A stretch of 64,000 nucleotides of DNA from Perkinsela sp. CCAP 1560/9 (GCA_965644495.1 CBFFSA010000002.1:1178001-1242000); one strand, 5' to 3'; shown: positions 33,400 through 45,566, counted from the stretch's first letter. Notes: a model not told the origin generated them from the sequence alone. Translations and numbers: made by a program.

Positions 33400-36300
33400 C
33401 TACTTCGCCCTCCTGAAACATTGAGACTCTACCTCGCGACCCATCTGGTTTTCCGACTCATCCCATATTAACACGTCGCGTATCCTATCTTCCAAGTCGC
33501 TGTCACATGAAATCACTTCGACTGCGCCATCTTTGTATACATCTCCTTGTTTCCGGTTCAGGTAATAAGATTTGAGTCGTAAGGGTAGCCTAGTGAAAGG
33601 TACCTCCACGCACATCATCAACTCATGCCGGGAAATGTTGATCAGTTTCTCAACCATTGGCAGTGTGATTTCATCACTCCGAAAAAATCCTGATCGAAGT
33701 AAGTCAAAAAGCAATCGCACAACTCTTTTGTCGTAAAAGAACTTGTAATCTCTTGAAAATAAAGTTCCGCGTGATCCAAGATGAGTGGTGACATTCTCAC
33801 AAAGTTCCTCAACATTTTTTCTAGACGGACCCATTGTTGCAAGAAGAGAATCTTGGTCTGATGATGCGCTCGAGGAGCCTGCAACGTACGTCATGCAGAA
33901 ATATAGCGGGTCTTGAATCGCTTCCAGATCTAAGGTTAATGCGTGACATAGAGTAAACAACCCATCCCCCGATTCATAAATGGAGTGACCTTCATGCGAA
34001 AAGCACTGACCTTGAACATGTTGGAGAACCTGGACAGCCGAAAATTGATTTTCAGGAGATACTTCTTGTGCCTTATTCGCTGTGGAATGGCCAGAGTCCT
34101 GGTTTTCATTCAGATGATCGAGAAATTCTTTAATAAGAGACTCATTCCGTTTTTCTTTAACACGTCTCCTGGCGACATTCTTTTTTCTGAATTTTAATGG
34201 AACATGCTCGTGTGCTATGGAAAACAAATCGGACCCCAAAGTGGACTTTGAGGAATCATCCACGACGCACGACGTGTTGTTTCTAGGGGAAGGACCATCT
34301 GTGGAAACAGAAGATCTACTTGGATCGACAAGGTTGACTTCCCGTATTAGCTGCTGTTTCCGGTATCCGTTCTTCAATTCATCCTTCTCAGCTTCCCCTC
34401 TTCGGGGGAGTGGGACTGGAAAAGAAATCGCAGCGCGGATGTCGCTCTCGTACTCAGATACACTCCAGAACAGGTGTAGTGGTAGCATTTCATGCATGAG
34501 GGATCGTCTACGTTGTCGGAGTCTAGGGAAAATGTTTGTAAGCCTTGACGCAGCTTTTTCAAGAAACTCTCGATGCAGAGCATCAATACAGTTGTAGACC
34601 ACATGGCGTGTGGTCCAGTAGTTTCGTCCCAAAAGAATGCGTAGTAGATTACGATACAATGTAGAAGTAATGCGTACAGCAGGATGGCCCAGTGTACAGT
34701 CAGCAAAAGCTGCTACGGAACGCAAGACAACAGGATTGCCCAAATGATGGTTAAGAAATGCACGGTCACAGCACGTGCCGCTTGACATTCTATTAGCACG
34801 ACATTCACTTGAAAGAGATGTCACGCAGCTGCATGTAGAGGAATGATATACTAAACTTCGCGTACTGTACACCTGGAGAAGTGAAGCTAGCGCAGCAACT
34901 CGTTTCCTCCATAGCGCAAAAGAAAAGATCCAAGTAAAATCATTACCTGGACTTTGGCACGAGAAACTCCTTTCAGTGTCTAGAATACATCTCAACAAAG
35001 GATTTGGCAATTTCTCAAAATGCCCACGAGTGACGCTGTCAGAAATGGCGCTTAAAAAATGGCGCTCATGCGAACGTTCATGTTCAAACATTGCGCTGTG
35101 CTCTACGGGGCTGTTTTCACATTGTAATTCTCGAGCCCTATCCTCCTCTAACGGGCAAATCCGAAACGTAAAATCAACATGCTCCCGTCGCCGCCCCAAT
35201 ACATGAACACTCCTATGATACTCCCTTCGATCCACCAAACTACACCTTCGATTCTCACCGACGGCATAATACCCCCGGAACACATACAAAATCTCCGGAC
35301 GTAATCTCTCCACCACCCTCTCCATCTCCCCCACCACACCTTCCTCACACCTCCACACCCCTTCCTTCTTCTTCTTCTTCTTCCTCCCCTCCTCCTCCAT
35401 CGTTACCCCCCCATCTCCCTCCCCGGTTCCCCCATCCACTACCGTACACACGGTAGTACCCTCACCATCCCCGTTACACCCCACAGGGGTACTCCCCCCC
35501 TTCTCCCCCCCCCTGCACCCTCGTTCTCCCCTCCCCCGCGCCCCAAACAGCCCCACGTAGTAGCGCACCACGTTCCGGGCGGGGGTACGGCCCCCGGCCG
35601 CGAGACGCCGCAGCTCCGGGTCCCCTCCCCCGACCCGCCGCCACAGCACGGCACACACCAGTGCCCGGCGCAGCGTGGAGGTACGGGGGAGACGCAGCCA
35701 GGGGAGGGCGGAGTACGGGGCCGGGAGCCACCGGGTAACGACAGCCCGTCGTGGAGCCCCGCGGGGAGTCGTAGTCGTAGTCCTACGCGTACTACGGCTA
35801 CTCCTACTACGGGTCGTATTCCGATGGTGTGGTTTACGACGTGTACTTGTGAGGGGCTGACGCTTTGTACTTGTTTTCGTACGTGGAGTACATGTACTTG
35901 TGTGGGGTTGAGTCTTTGTACTCGTTTTCGTACTTGGAGTACTTGTACTTGTACTTGTGAGAGGCTGACGCTTTGTACTCGTTTTCGTACTTGGAGTACT
36001 TGTACTTGTGTATTGGTTACTCGTGCGAGTACATGTGAGTGGGTTACTCGTACGCGTACGCGTGTGTGATTCGCGCGTAGGACTAGGATGTTGTTTTCTG
36101 CTCTTTGTACTCGTGAGTTGTTGCGTACGCGTACTTGTGAGTTCTTTACTAAATTTATTTGGTGGACTATTGTGGGGTTTACTACTACTTGTAGGCGTAT
36201 GGTGTGGTTTACTCGTAAGGAGGGGAGTAGTGGGAGTGGTAGTAGGAATGGATGAGGAGCCGTGTGATGGGGAGGGGGAGGGGGAGGGGGAGGGGGTAGG

Positions 36301-36873
36301 GGAGGAGGGAGGGGAGATGTGGGGGTTTGTTTCTTTTGGATGCGGAGATGTGTTTTGTGGTGTGGAGGCAGAGGAGGGGGGAGAAGAGAAACGTTTGTCC
36401 GAAGCTTTCGGTGATTCCGTACTATCTTCACATGCGATGTCCGTGGAAGAGCTGTCGTTGGAGAAGGAGGAGGCAAGAAAATCACGACTGGTGGCGTCGC
36501 TGAAGGTTTCGGGATTGGAATTGGTAAAATAGTCCAGTGTGAGTTCGTGGGATTTTCCGCTGATTAAACTGTCGGTATGGTGAGTGACGACCTCGTGATC
36601 ATGGGGATCGCTAGGATTTCGTTCGCGTTGGTATGTTGGTGAGGAAAGAGGGGAAGATAATTCCTCCGACGTTTGCACAGGATAATGATTAGAACGTAAG
36701 GCTTGAGATAACAGAGAGGTTATGTCATGAGACAGTGGTACGATAAACTCGGGAAATAGCGTACGCTCACAAACGTCTCGAACAAGTGACATGAATTCCA
36801 CTCGTAAGGACTCATCTTGTTGTGACGCCGTAGTCTTGGCGCTGAAGAGATGGGTCAATCGAGAGTTCTGCAT
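33400..36873 (-). CDS. Large hypothetical protein with Ser/Pro/Thr low-complexity region
   Basis: 1157-codon co-oriented ORF with internal TSTxTP repeats at ~35830-36140; no family recognised. Confidence 0.65.
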   Translation of the reverse strand: MQNSRLTHLFSAKTTASQQDESLRVEFMSLVRDVCERTLFPEFIVPLSHDITSLLSQALRSNHYPVQTSEELSSPLSSPTYQRERNPSDPHDHEVVTHHTDSLISGKSHELTLDYFTNSNPETFSDATSRDFLASSFSNDSSSTDIACEDSTESPKASDKRFSSPPSSASTPQNTSPHPKETNPHISPPSSPTPSPSPSPSPSHGSSSIPTTTPTTPLLTSKPHHTPTSSSKPHNSPPNKFSKELTSTRTQQLTSTKSRKQHPSPTRESHTRTRTSNPLTCTRTSNQYTSTSTPSTKTSTKRQPLTSTSTSTPSTKTSTKTQPHTSTCTPRTKTSTKRQPLTSTRRKPHHRNTTRSRSSRSTRRTTTTTPRGAPRRAVVTRWLPAPYSALPWLRLPRTSTLRRALVCAVLWRRVGGGDPELRRLAAGGRTPARNVVRYYVGLFGARGRGERGCRGGEKGGSTPVGCNGDGEGTTVCTVVDGGTGEGDGGVTMEEEGRKKKKKKEGVWRCEEGVVGEMERVVERLRPEILYVFRGYYAVGENRRCSLVDRREYHRSVHVLGRRREHVDFTFRICPLEEDRARELQCENSPVEHSAMFEHERSHERHFLSAISDSVTRGHFEKLPNPLLRCILDTERSFSCQSPGNDFTWIFSFALWRKRVAALASLLQVYSTRSLVYHSSTCSCVTSLSSECRANRMSSGTCCDRAFLNHHLGNPVVLRSVAAFADCTLGHPAVRITSTLYRNLLRILLGRNYWTTRHVVYNCIDALHREFLEKAASRLTNIFPRLRQRRRSLMHEMLPLHLFWSVSEYESDIRAAISFPVPLPRRGEAEKDELKNGYRKQQLIREVNLVDPSRSSVSTDGPSPRNNTSCVVDDSSKSTLGSDLFSIAHEHVPLKFRKKNVARRRVKEKRNESLIKEFLDHLNENQDSGHSTANKAQEVSPENQFSAVQVLQHVQGQCFSHEGHSIYESGDGLFTLCHALTLDLEAIQDPLYFCMTYVAGSSSASSDQDSLLATMGPSRKNVEELCENVTTHLGSRGTLFSRDYKFFYDKRVVRLLFDLLRSGFFRSDEITLPMVEKLINISRHELMMCVEVPFTRLPLRLKSYYLNRKQGDVYKDGAVEVISCDSDLEDRIRDVLIWDESENQMGREVESQCFRRAK

Positions 36874-37383
36874 TTACGGGTACTTGTACCGCGCGCAACC
36901 AAGTATGCTGCAAAATATTACAAAAAACTACACGCCAGAGCATGGAAACAACGCATATCTTGCACAAGCAGCAGACTGGTCAACATGTTAGGTATCGGAG
37001 TTACGAAAAATATGATTTTCGTATTTTAATATTACCAATCTTACATTGCAGAGCCCTTTTCAATTTAGCATAATCAATACCACTCGGTGGTTGTATAACT
37101 ACCGCTCTACCCTCGTTTATTGAAAAAAAAGTGAATAAAAAAAAGAGGAACATGTTATTGTGCCTCCACCCCGGGTTAAACAAATCCGGAAAAACAGCCC
37201 TATGAGTGGGGGGCATAGTACCCCACATAGTACCCCGCGGTACTATGTGAGGGTCACAATAATAATACTAAATGTTGTTTTGTTTATACTGCTGCAATCG
37301 ACTCTTATTGAATAGCAGGGAAGAAGGGAATAGTAGTAATTTTTGGCCATATTTTTGGCTTAAACTCTAGGTTTATAACCGTG

Positions 37384-37998
37384 TCATGTCATCTGAATGC
37401 GTGTCATTTGAAGGCTAATCGTTATCAATGAAGCAGGCAGATCGTCTGCACGGATCATTCCTGATATATCATTACCTTGTAAGTAAAGTCGCTCAATATT
37501 GGGAGGCAATACGCCAAATTCCACTTCACCTTGAAATGCGTTGTATGCGACCGTAAGGTACAACAAAGATTGTGGCAAGTGCCCCAGATCAAGAGAACCA
37601 GAAAACTTATTATGGTCAAGATAGGCATATTCTAATACAGATGGAAAATAGTTAAATTCAAGCTCCCCAGAAAGCTCGTTGTCCAAGCGAACGTATCTTC
37701 CCAAATCAATTATAGTAAGAGATGGCGGAAGAAATCGCCATAAAAGGTTCCCTTTCAATCTGAGTCCCGCCCACTGAAGTCTTTCTACTCGATTTTGAAA
37801 GCACACTACGCCAAACCACGAACATCCCGGGGTTTGCGTGCTCCAAGAATATGGGGGATTTGAAATGTTGTCTATAAACTGAGAGAATTCGTATTCTACT
37901 GGTAATATGGATCCACGAATTCGCCCTGCCGAAACGGAGCTCAAACTTCCCACCTCTGAACAATGACACTCATACATTTTATTGTAGATAAAACCCAT
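37384..37998 (-). CDS. Leucine-rich repeat protein (family member)
   Basis: GRIRGSILPVEYEFSQF...GCSWFGVVC cap plus LRRs. Confidence 0.88.
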   Translation of the reverse strand: MGFIYNKMYECHCSEVGSLSSVSAGRIRGSILPVEYEFSQFIDNISNPPYSWSTQTPGCSWFGVVCFQNRVERLQWAGLRLKGNLLWRFLPPSLTIIDLGRYVRLDNELSGELEFNYFPSVLEYAYLDHNKFSGSLDLGHLPQSLLYLTVAYNAFQGEVEFGVLPPNIERLYLQGNDISGMIRADDLPASLITISLQMTRIQMT

Positions 37999-38013
37999 CT
38001 TACAAATGAAATA

Positions 38014-39850
38014 CCGTTAGTATCCCCTGACTTTGCATTCCCCCTGACTTTGCATATTTTTCTGTTTTTGAAAATTTCTTGATGTGCAAAGTCACGGGGG
38101 TATCAAAATTTCGAAAAATGCTGAAAACTTAAATTTCTTTTTTTTGTAAAGGACATGTAAAAATTTAACCAGTCGTACAAATGTAAATTGCATTGTTTAG
38201 TTTCTGTCATTTTCAACAATGTTATGAATGTCTACAATAGTATGGAAGCGTATGCCCCGATCGCAACTTCTACTATTTTAAATCAACTGAAAGATTGTCT
38301 AAGCCGAGTTAACTTTGTTGGTACTGGATACAGCATTGCCCACATTCATTGTCCACAACAACGAATTGGTGATAATGGGTCTGCACTTCATGTCGTCAAC
38401 AACATGTATCGTACGCTTTTTAAGCGTACCAGTGATATTATTTCTCGTAAGGACGTATCAGAAACTTGGACGCCACTGTTATAATAATTTTGCGGTGGTT
38501 GTAAAACTACCGCTCTACACTCGATTATTGAAAAAAAAGTGAACAAAAACAGTGAAAATATAAAGGGGAACACAGTAATATAATAGAAGAAAAAAATATA
38601 AAAGGGGGCTCCGGTGGACCAAAACTGAAAAAAAAATTTGAAAAAAATGGGGGGTCCATGGGGGGGGGTCCATGGGGGGGTCCAGGGGTGGGTCCAGGGG
38701 GGGGCATGGTCGAGCAAATTTTTTCGAAAAAATTAGTTTTCGAAAAAAAACCGCGGAAAGGGTAGCCGGGGTCTTGGCGCGCATTTTCCACCCCCCTACC
38801 CGGGGGTGACCCCCCCGCGTATCCGCAGGACCGGTCCGCCAAGTTCGGATTTTTTCGGAAAAAAGTTTTGAAAAAAATTTCAACTTGGCGAAAAAAATGA
38901 CAAAAAAAATATTTTTCCAAAATCGTTTCCCCTATTGTATTGTGATAGTTTGGGACCTACACTAGCTTTCCCCGCAGTTGTTTTCGCAAGGTATCACTTC
39001 TTCGAACCGTGGTGCGCCCCTCAAAATGACCCATTTTTGACTAAAAAAGGTGAAAAAGTATTTTTCGGACCTAAAGGGACATTTTTGTGTCGAAAGAATG
39101 GTATGGTTGGAGTCGCATTCTCTACCCAATACGTTCGGTAGGCTTTCATTCATGCCTACGAGTGATTTCCCACGCGCAAATGTCGGATTTAGTGCTCTGA
39201 GAGCAAAAATACGCGAAAATCACCCCATTTTTACCCGAAATTCGGCTATTTTTGGCTATAATCTTTCCGTTTTCCAGGCCAAATTTTCTTTTTTAGGCTC
39301 TTCGTTAAACGCGGCGGTAGTTTTCAACGCGAAGCGCGCAGCACGAGTGACTTCTAAGTTGAAAACAATAAATATTGAATGTTTATTTTTTGTAATATTG
39401 TTTAATTCTGTAATACTATTTTGATTAACCTTCGATTTTTGTTCGTTAATATTTTTTTGTTTGTTAATATTCGTACGTCCAGAGCTCCGTCTTGTAGTTT
39501 TTCTTTGTATCTGAGATATTTTCCTCTGGTTTTTTTCTTAGTGTAGAACAATAACAGTTTCTTTTTGAGTCCACAGCAACGGTTTACTTCATTATTGCGC
39601 ATTATGCATTTGTATTTATTCGTATACACGTTCCGTATTTTCGTATTTTCTTTCCTACTACATCAATGACCGACGAAGAATATGCGAGGAAACATTTATG
39701 CGCGGAAGATCTCACCCCTTTTCACCCCTTCCTTTTTACCCCCTCAACCCACCTTCATGACTTTGCACACCCCCTGACTTTGCACAAAAACCTGATTTTT
39801 CCTGTTTTCGTCGTGCAAAGTCGTTTGCGCAAAGTCGGGGGTACTAACGG
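38014..39850. mobile_element. TA-flanked non-autonomous pogo/Tc1-type element with nested insertion
   Basis: TIRs CCGTTAGTATCCCCTGACTTTGC / GCAAAGTCGGGGGTACTAACGG, subterminal TGACTTTGCA repeats, TA on both sides. Confidence 0.85.
38490..39367 (+). mobile_element. Asymmetric-end element nested in the 38014-39850 element
   Basis: Near-identical to 14403-15283 but lacking the last ~30 bp. Confidence 0.9.
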
Positions 39851-40294
39851 TACCTTAATTCGATTCTCATATCCACCCTTCTCATATCCACCCTTCTCAT
39901 ATCCACCCTTCTCATGTCAAGAAAAGTAAACTAACAAGAGAAAGTGTTCGTTGATCCTATTAAATTTATGATGACACATATGAAACGTTATAAAAGAACG
40001 CATGAGGAAATTCAGAAGGCCACCGTATTGTATACGAAAGAGCTTTGACATTTGTTTTAATGTTTTATATGCACACAGATACATGTATTTTCAGGTAGAT
40101 GAGTACTCACGAGAAGACTAAAATGACATTTTACTTTAAAACGTTTTCTAACTGTGATATAGAAAACTTTATAGTAAAGAAAGCTCAGGAAAATGATAGT
40201 AAAAACAGTATTAGATAATATCTACATCATTGTAACATGGAATAATGTGTCTTGCGGCGAAATAGCCATATTTGCGAATGATTATTTTAGACTT

Positions 40295-40954
40295 TCAACC
40301 TAATGTAATGATTTGAGTATCACTCCAGTCCCAGTTTCTGGGAGTCACTGAGTACGAAATCGGAAGGTAACATGGGCGTACTGTCCCACCAAGGTTAAAA
40401 TTCTGAGTTACGTAAAATTGCAACATACCAGGGGGCATGAACGTAAAGTCTATATTTCCAGTAAAATTATTCTTCGATAAGGATACAAACTTGAGAGTTT
40501 GAGGAAAGTGGTGTAGCTCTATTGGCCCAGTAAACAAGTTTTCAGAAAGACGTAACACTTCAAGATTCCGAGGTAAGTGTTGCCATTCCACTGAGCCAGA
40601 AAATTCATTGGTCCATAGAATTAGTGTTCTTAATGTTCGTGGAAGAAATTCCCACTGTAATACGCCGCGAAGTTGAAAACCACTCCAATAAATTTCTACA
40701 ACATTTTCACTGGTAAAATTTGCGCACCTCACTCCATTCCATTTATGCGCAATCGTATCGGAACTCCATGAGTTGTGAGGGTTTTCTACATGTCGTACCA
40801 GCTGAACTAAATAATATTCCGGGGGTAAGGATGCTCCACGGACTTTTGCTGCTCGGGATCGTGGTAATGCCTCGTCGCACATAGTGGTGATGCGAGTTGT
40901 AAGGTTGATATGAAGAAAAATAGCACTTCTTATTGATTTACTGGTAAATTTCAT
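40295..40954 (-). CDS. Leucine-rich repeat protein (family member)
   Basis: RAAKVRGASLPPEYYL...NPHNSW...WNGVRC cap plus LRRs; the real start may be MCDEAL. Confidence 0.88.
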   Translation of the reverse strand: MKFTSKSIRSAIFLHINLTTRITTMCDEALPRSRAAKVRGASLPPEYYLVQLVRHVENPHNSWSSDTIAHKWNGVRCANFTSENVVEIYWSGFQLRGVLQWEFLPRTLRTLILWTNEFSGSVEWQHLPRNLEVLRLSENLFTGPIELHHFPQTLKFVSLSKNNFTGNIDFTFMPPGMLQFYVTQNFNLGGTVRPCYLPISYSVTPRNWDWSDTQIITLG

Positions 40955-40981
40955 TCGTCAAAAACATTCTATTGGATCATA

Positions 40982-41372
40982 CAGTGGTGGGCAACGATAT
41001 GTACCCCCCCTACAGGTCTTGTATTTTGATTGATTTTGGAAATATTTATCGATAATGATAGCGCTTCTAATAGGTGACAAAAGCTGTACACATCTCACAA
41101 CGTACGTGTTGTGCAGTAAGACATGCGGGACGAGATAGGTCCGTCGTGTAAAAGCGAAGAAGCGCGAAAAATGACGCAAGATAGGGGTGTTCTGCAAAAA
41201 TCATGGTTTTTCGCACATTTTTTTGAGGTTTTAATGTGAACCAGCTTTCAACGAGTGAAAAGGACCTCGGATTCGGAACGATTGGGTCGAAAAACGGTGG
41301 TATGCAAAATATTTCCAAAATCGGCCAAAATACAAGACCTGTAGGGGGGGTACATATCGTTGCCCACCACTG
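40982..41372. mobile_element. Tc1-type MITE
   Basis: TA-flanked, ~65-bp TIRs starting CAGTGGTGGGCAACGATATGTACCCCCCCTACAGG; related ends at 5406 and 57520-57644. Confidence 0.92.
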
Positions 41373-41469
41373 TAGATAACTAAAAGGGGTAACCAAATTA
41401 GCGTAATAAAAGCTGTGACCGTACGTAGAGTACGACTTTTACGAATTGAGCGTCACGTCAACATAGGAT

Positions 41470-42228
41470 CTATGTCGAAACATTACAATCCTGAATAAAA
41501 ATATCATAATCCCGTGGCCTTTGCTTGTGATCCAGAGCGTACACTTTCTCCAGCCGTTGTAACACCTCCAACCCCTCCACCACCCTGCCAAAACACACAC
41601 AGGAGCCATACAGGTGGGCATAGTCCACCTGCTCCCCGGTGGTAATAAAAAACTGACTCCCCACTCTTGTGGGGGCGCTGTTCGCGGAGAGCAGCTGTCC
41701 GGGACCCTTTCCCCAGACACTCTCCCGAATCTCCTGCTCCCCATCAAACGTCTCCCCATAGAGCGTACGCTCCCCGGTGCCATCATAGTGCACCACGTCC
41801 CCGGTTTGTACGCCAAACCCGGGCACGATGCGATGGAGTACACAACCCCTATAGTGGAGCTGGGGCCCCAGGGACTCGGCGAATCGATGAATCGTCTCGA
41901 CCCGATTCAGATCCGTGTGGGGCTCAATCCCCGGAAGGGCTTCAGAGCCCGTACACATGCGTTGAAAGTTTTCAACGGTCCGGGGGCAGCGAGTGCCGTA
42001 CATTTCAAATTTAATATGGCCTAAAACAGTTGAGGGGGCGTCGACCGTGCTTTGATGCCGGGAGTGGACGTAGCCAACTCGGGGTCGCGCGGCAAGGGTG
42101 AGACCGGCGTGCTTGTAACTGGGGAAGAGAGGGCCGGGGGTAGCAAAGGGAGATGCTCCGGAAGAAGACGTTTTGGGGGTTTGACGACCAAGACTTCGGA
42201 TTCGGGAGGTGATGCCGGACCAGGACAT
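41470..42228 (-). CDS. Cyclophilin-type peptidyl-prolyl isomerase
   Basis: CPRTVENFQRMCTG, LHYRGCVLHRIVPGFGVQTGD, GSQFFITT, FGRVVEGLEVL. Confidence 0.93.
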   Translation of the reverse strand: MSWSGITSRIRSLGRQTPKTSSSGASPFATPGPLFPSYKHAGLTLAARPRVGYVHSRHQSTVDAPSTVLGHIKFEMYGTRCPRTVENFQRMCTGSEALPGIEPHTDLNRVETIHRFAESLGPQLHYRGCVLHRIVPGFGVQTGDVVHYDGTGERTLYGETFDGEQEIRESVWGKGPGQLLSANSAPTRVGSQFFITTGEQVDYAHLYGSCVCFGRVVEGLEVLQRLEKVYALDHKQRPRDYDIFIQDCNVST

Positions 42229-42442
42229 GGGTGTGTGGAGGGTGCAAAGGTAGAAAGCAAGGTGTTGGTGATGAAAGAGTCGAGAGATTGTATTTGATGA
42301 CTTAAGAATAGTGTGAAAGAATGCTCTAATGTTGATAGAAAAGATTCCTTACACACCATGTACACGAATTTCCCCAATTTTGTACATTAAATTTATAAAC
42401 ATGTTCATACCAATAAGTATGAAGTATTTTCTATATATTGGA

Positions 42443-43003
42443 CTACGGCCGTAGTTTCCTACACTGCTCCCTGCGACACACCGTCTCGGCCTGTTTCGGT
42501 TCCCCACACAAGGGACAGACATACCACGGCGCGAGGCGCAGGTGGAGCCACTTAAAGTGCCACCCCCAGGTCGGGCGCCCCTTACGTTCCGGGGAGCGCT
42601 TCCCGTGAGGGGTGCCCCCTTTGTTGCCCCACAGAAACGGGTCTTCCGGGGTCAGGGCTCGGCCCTCTGTGTCCATCCCATCCTCTATACCTGCAGCACT
42701 GGTCACAAGACAAGGCGTCTCGTGCAGGGAGGAAGCAACAGGGGGAGAGGGGGGAAAGGGGAAGGGGTGGAGCAGGGAGAAGGGAGAGGGGAGACGGGGG
42801 AGGAGGGAAGGGGAGGGGGTGGGTCGAGGGGGTTGGGGCACTCGACGGTGTTTGTAGAGGGGAGGTTGTGCTGAGGGTTCGGTATTTGGAAGAGGGGTGT
42901 GAGGGTGGGGGGAGGTAGGGAGCGGAGGAAGGAGCTTTTGAACCAGTCTGCGGAGGGTGAGACGTGTGTGGTTCAAAAGAGCGTGTGGGCTACGGCAGGA
43001 CAT
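42443..43003 (-). CDS. Probable mitochondrial ribosomal protein bL32m-like
   Basis: C-terminal zinc ribbon CPLCGEPK...VCRREQC after a long presequence-like, Pro-rich N-terminus. Confidence 0.6.
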   Translation of the reverse strand: MSCRSPHALLNHTRLTLRRLVQKLLPPLPTSPHPHTPLPNTEPSAQPPLYKHRRVPQPPRPTPSPSLLPRLPSPFSLLHPFPFPPSPPVASSLHETPCLVTSAAGIEDGMDTEGRALTPEDPFLWGNKGGTPHGKRSPERKGRPTWGWHFKWLHLRLAPWYVCPLCGEPKQAETVCRREQCRKLRP

Positions 43004-43446
43004 GGGAATGGGTTTTGTATTAGGTATGAAAAAAAAACTGTTTTTTATCGAAAAAGATATACTCCCCAGTACCCTACTTATTGCTTTTCGGACGTTGACT
43101 CTTGTCGTGAGTGCCGTGAAGTGTACATAAAAGTAATATTGAATGGCTAAAAATGCAGGGTTCGCGGAAACATTAATAAGGTAAACATAAGGGGAACACA
43201 AAGTAAATTTTGGTGCAATCTGACGTTCATACCAATTGAATAAAAATTGAATAAATATTTTTGCAAAACAAGCGCACAAAGGGCGTTAGCATACGAGAAC
43301 TCGTATGCAACAAATAACATTACTACTCATAAGCGTTCAGAAAACGTTTCGTTGTACGAATCTCTCCTCCCTATACGAGCGTCCCGGTTTCAGTTAATAG
43401 CAACGCTAATATTATAACAAGAGTCAATTCCTCACCAGAAACAACG

Positions 43447-44136
43447 CTAATAAGGAGGGGTAGGCGCCCAAAGTCTTATTCGTGTCCCTGCTACAGATCT
43501 GTAACGCAGTCTTCCCCACTGCGCTACATCAATTACGCCTTCAAGCTCGCGATTATCGGTAAAGAGAATAGAATCCATTGTCAAGGGAAGTAGTCCAAAC
43601 AGAAGTCGGGTAAAATTATTAGCTTCTACATCGACGCAACTCATTTGAGGGGGAAGTACCGTCATGTCTAACGTACCTGAAAATTTGTTGTGGGCAAGTT
43701 GTAGGTGAGTAAAAGTCTGTGGCAAGTCTGGGAGATTTACTTCACCAGTCATCTTATTGGCTCGTACAGTCAACCATTCCATTGAGCAAGGAAGGTCTCG
43801 AAGATTGACGCCCCCAATAATGTCATTGTTCGTCAGATAAACAACCACCATACTGCTAGGAATAAATTCCCATAACAAAGTTCCTCGTAAAGATCTACTA
43901 CCCCAATTAAGTTTTATTGCCTTCCCCTCGGAATTGATTTTCACTTCGATCCATTCATGAATAGGTTTACTGGCGTCCCATGAAGGATCCGGGTTTTCAA
44001 TATTTCTTATAAATCGAGACAGTTCAATTTCTTGGGACAGAGCAACTCCCCGAAGCTTTCCTAATCGGGATGGAGCATCACGATCATGGCACAGAGCGGA
44101 TAAAGAAATAAAGACGCCCTTGTACAGCGCAACCAT
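43447..44136 (-). CDS. Leucine-rich repeat protein (family member)
   Basis: RLGKLRGVALSQEIELSRF...NPDPSW cap plus LRRs. Confidence 0.88.
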   Translation of the reverse strand: MVALYKGVFISLSALCHDRDAPSRLGKLRGVALSQEIELSRFIRNIENPDPSWDASKPIHEWIEVKINSEGKAIKLNWGSRSLRGTLLWEFIPSSMVVVYLTNNDIIGGVNLRDLPCSMEWLTVRANKMTGEVNLPDLPQTFTHLQLAHNKFSGTLDMTVLPPQMSCVDVEANNFTRLLFGLLPLTMDSILFTDNRELEGVIDVAQWGRLRYRSVAGTRIRLWAPTPPY

Positions 44137-44577
44137 GAAACTTATGCTTCAAACGAAAACAATATGCGTACCCCATCTTTAAAATACTCTGAATATTCAC
44201 ATTACTTTACATACCGTAGAAACGGAAATTCAAGAATAGTTAAATTAAGGAAAATTTCTTTGTGACACAAAATTATTTCCTTAATTAAAGTTTTCTTAAT
44301 TTTCGTCTTCCTTTCCAAACAGGCAGTTTGAGGACTGCTAGTGCAATCCAGGGCCAACCTGTGCCAACCAGTGCAAGACAGGAAGTGGCTGAGTGTTGAA
44401 AGATACCGTAGAAGAATACTTATGAAAATGTTGTGTGGAACCGAGAAAAACATTTTTTCTTCTTTGATCAAATCAAAAAAAACTTAGTGTCAGTAAAAAT
44501 ACTATCCTGCAGGTAGCGGGGGTAGAATGAATTTTTTTCATGCTCGTAATGTACGCGTAGAAAAAAATTGCAACTCC

Positions 44578-45566
44578 CTAGTTTTTCTCCTCTTTGCGTA
44601 ACTTCTCGTACGTCCGCTTGGAGATTCGAGGAACGGAGGACTCAATCCATTTGACTGGCAGAACAGGCTTGGGATACACCACTGAAGTAAAATCGTTCTC
44701 TTTCAGGTATAACTTAAACTGCCGTGGACCGCCAGGTAGGTGACATAGATCTACGATTCCACTTAATGTGCTGTTCGTGAGGTCAAGGACTTTCAACCCG
44801 GTTGGAAGATGAGTAAGATTTATCTCGCCTTCAAGCCCACGCAACTTGTTGTTTCTGAGATAAAGAACTTTCAGGGCGGTTGGAAGACGAGTCAGACTTA
44901 TCTCGCTTTCAAATAGATTATGATTGAGCGCCAAGTCTTCCAAAGTTTCTGGAAGCTCTGTAAGACAGAGAGGACCTTGAAACAAGTTGTATGCCAAATC
45001 GAGTTTTTGTAGAGGAGGGAGGTGACATAAATCAACTTCTCCGATAAAGCGATTCTGCGCAGTATTAAGTTCTCGCAATGTGTTTGGAAGTTTAGAAAGA
45101 TCTGCGATTCCTTCAAACCAATTTTTACCAATGACCAAACGTTCTAAGTTGGGAGGAAGTACAGTAAAATCGAAAGTTTCTGTGTGCATATGACCCCAAA
45201 TGGAGAAGTTTTGGAGAGGATCGACCAATTCCTCTGAGGGAATATGCCCGATACAACGATATTGATCCATATTGACATCGGCTTCAAAAATCACCGTGTG
45301 TGAGGGCATAACCCGATAATTTCAAAGTCTTTGTTGCAACGTACCCCATTCCAAGAACACACGCGAATAGACTCATTTTTCCATATCAAAGCTAGACAAG
45401 TGTGTGTATGAGTATGCTCCACAAAACGTTTCAATTGATCCTCATCAGAGCTTTCAGAGGCTGTATGAGTCGTGAATTGGTCCAACCGTTTCCGTTTTAG
45501 AGGAGGGCTAGTGGTATCAGGTGCGCGTACTCCAAGAAAGCGGACGACAAAGAGGAAAAAGATCAT
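44578..45566 (-). pseudogene. LRR-family gene split by a frameshift near 45300
   Basis: Cap (PPLKRKR...VCSWNGVRC) in ORF 45291-45566 and LRRs in ORF 44578-45309. Confidence 0.75.
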
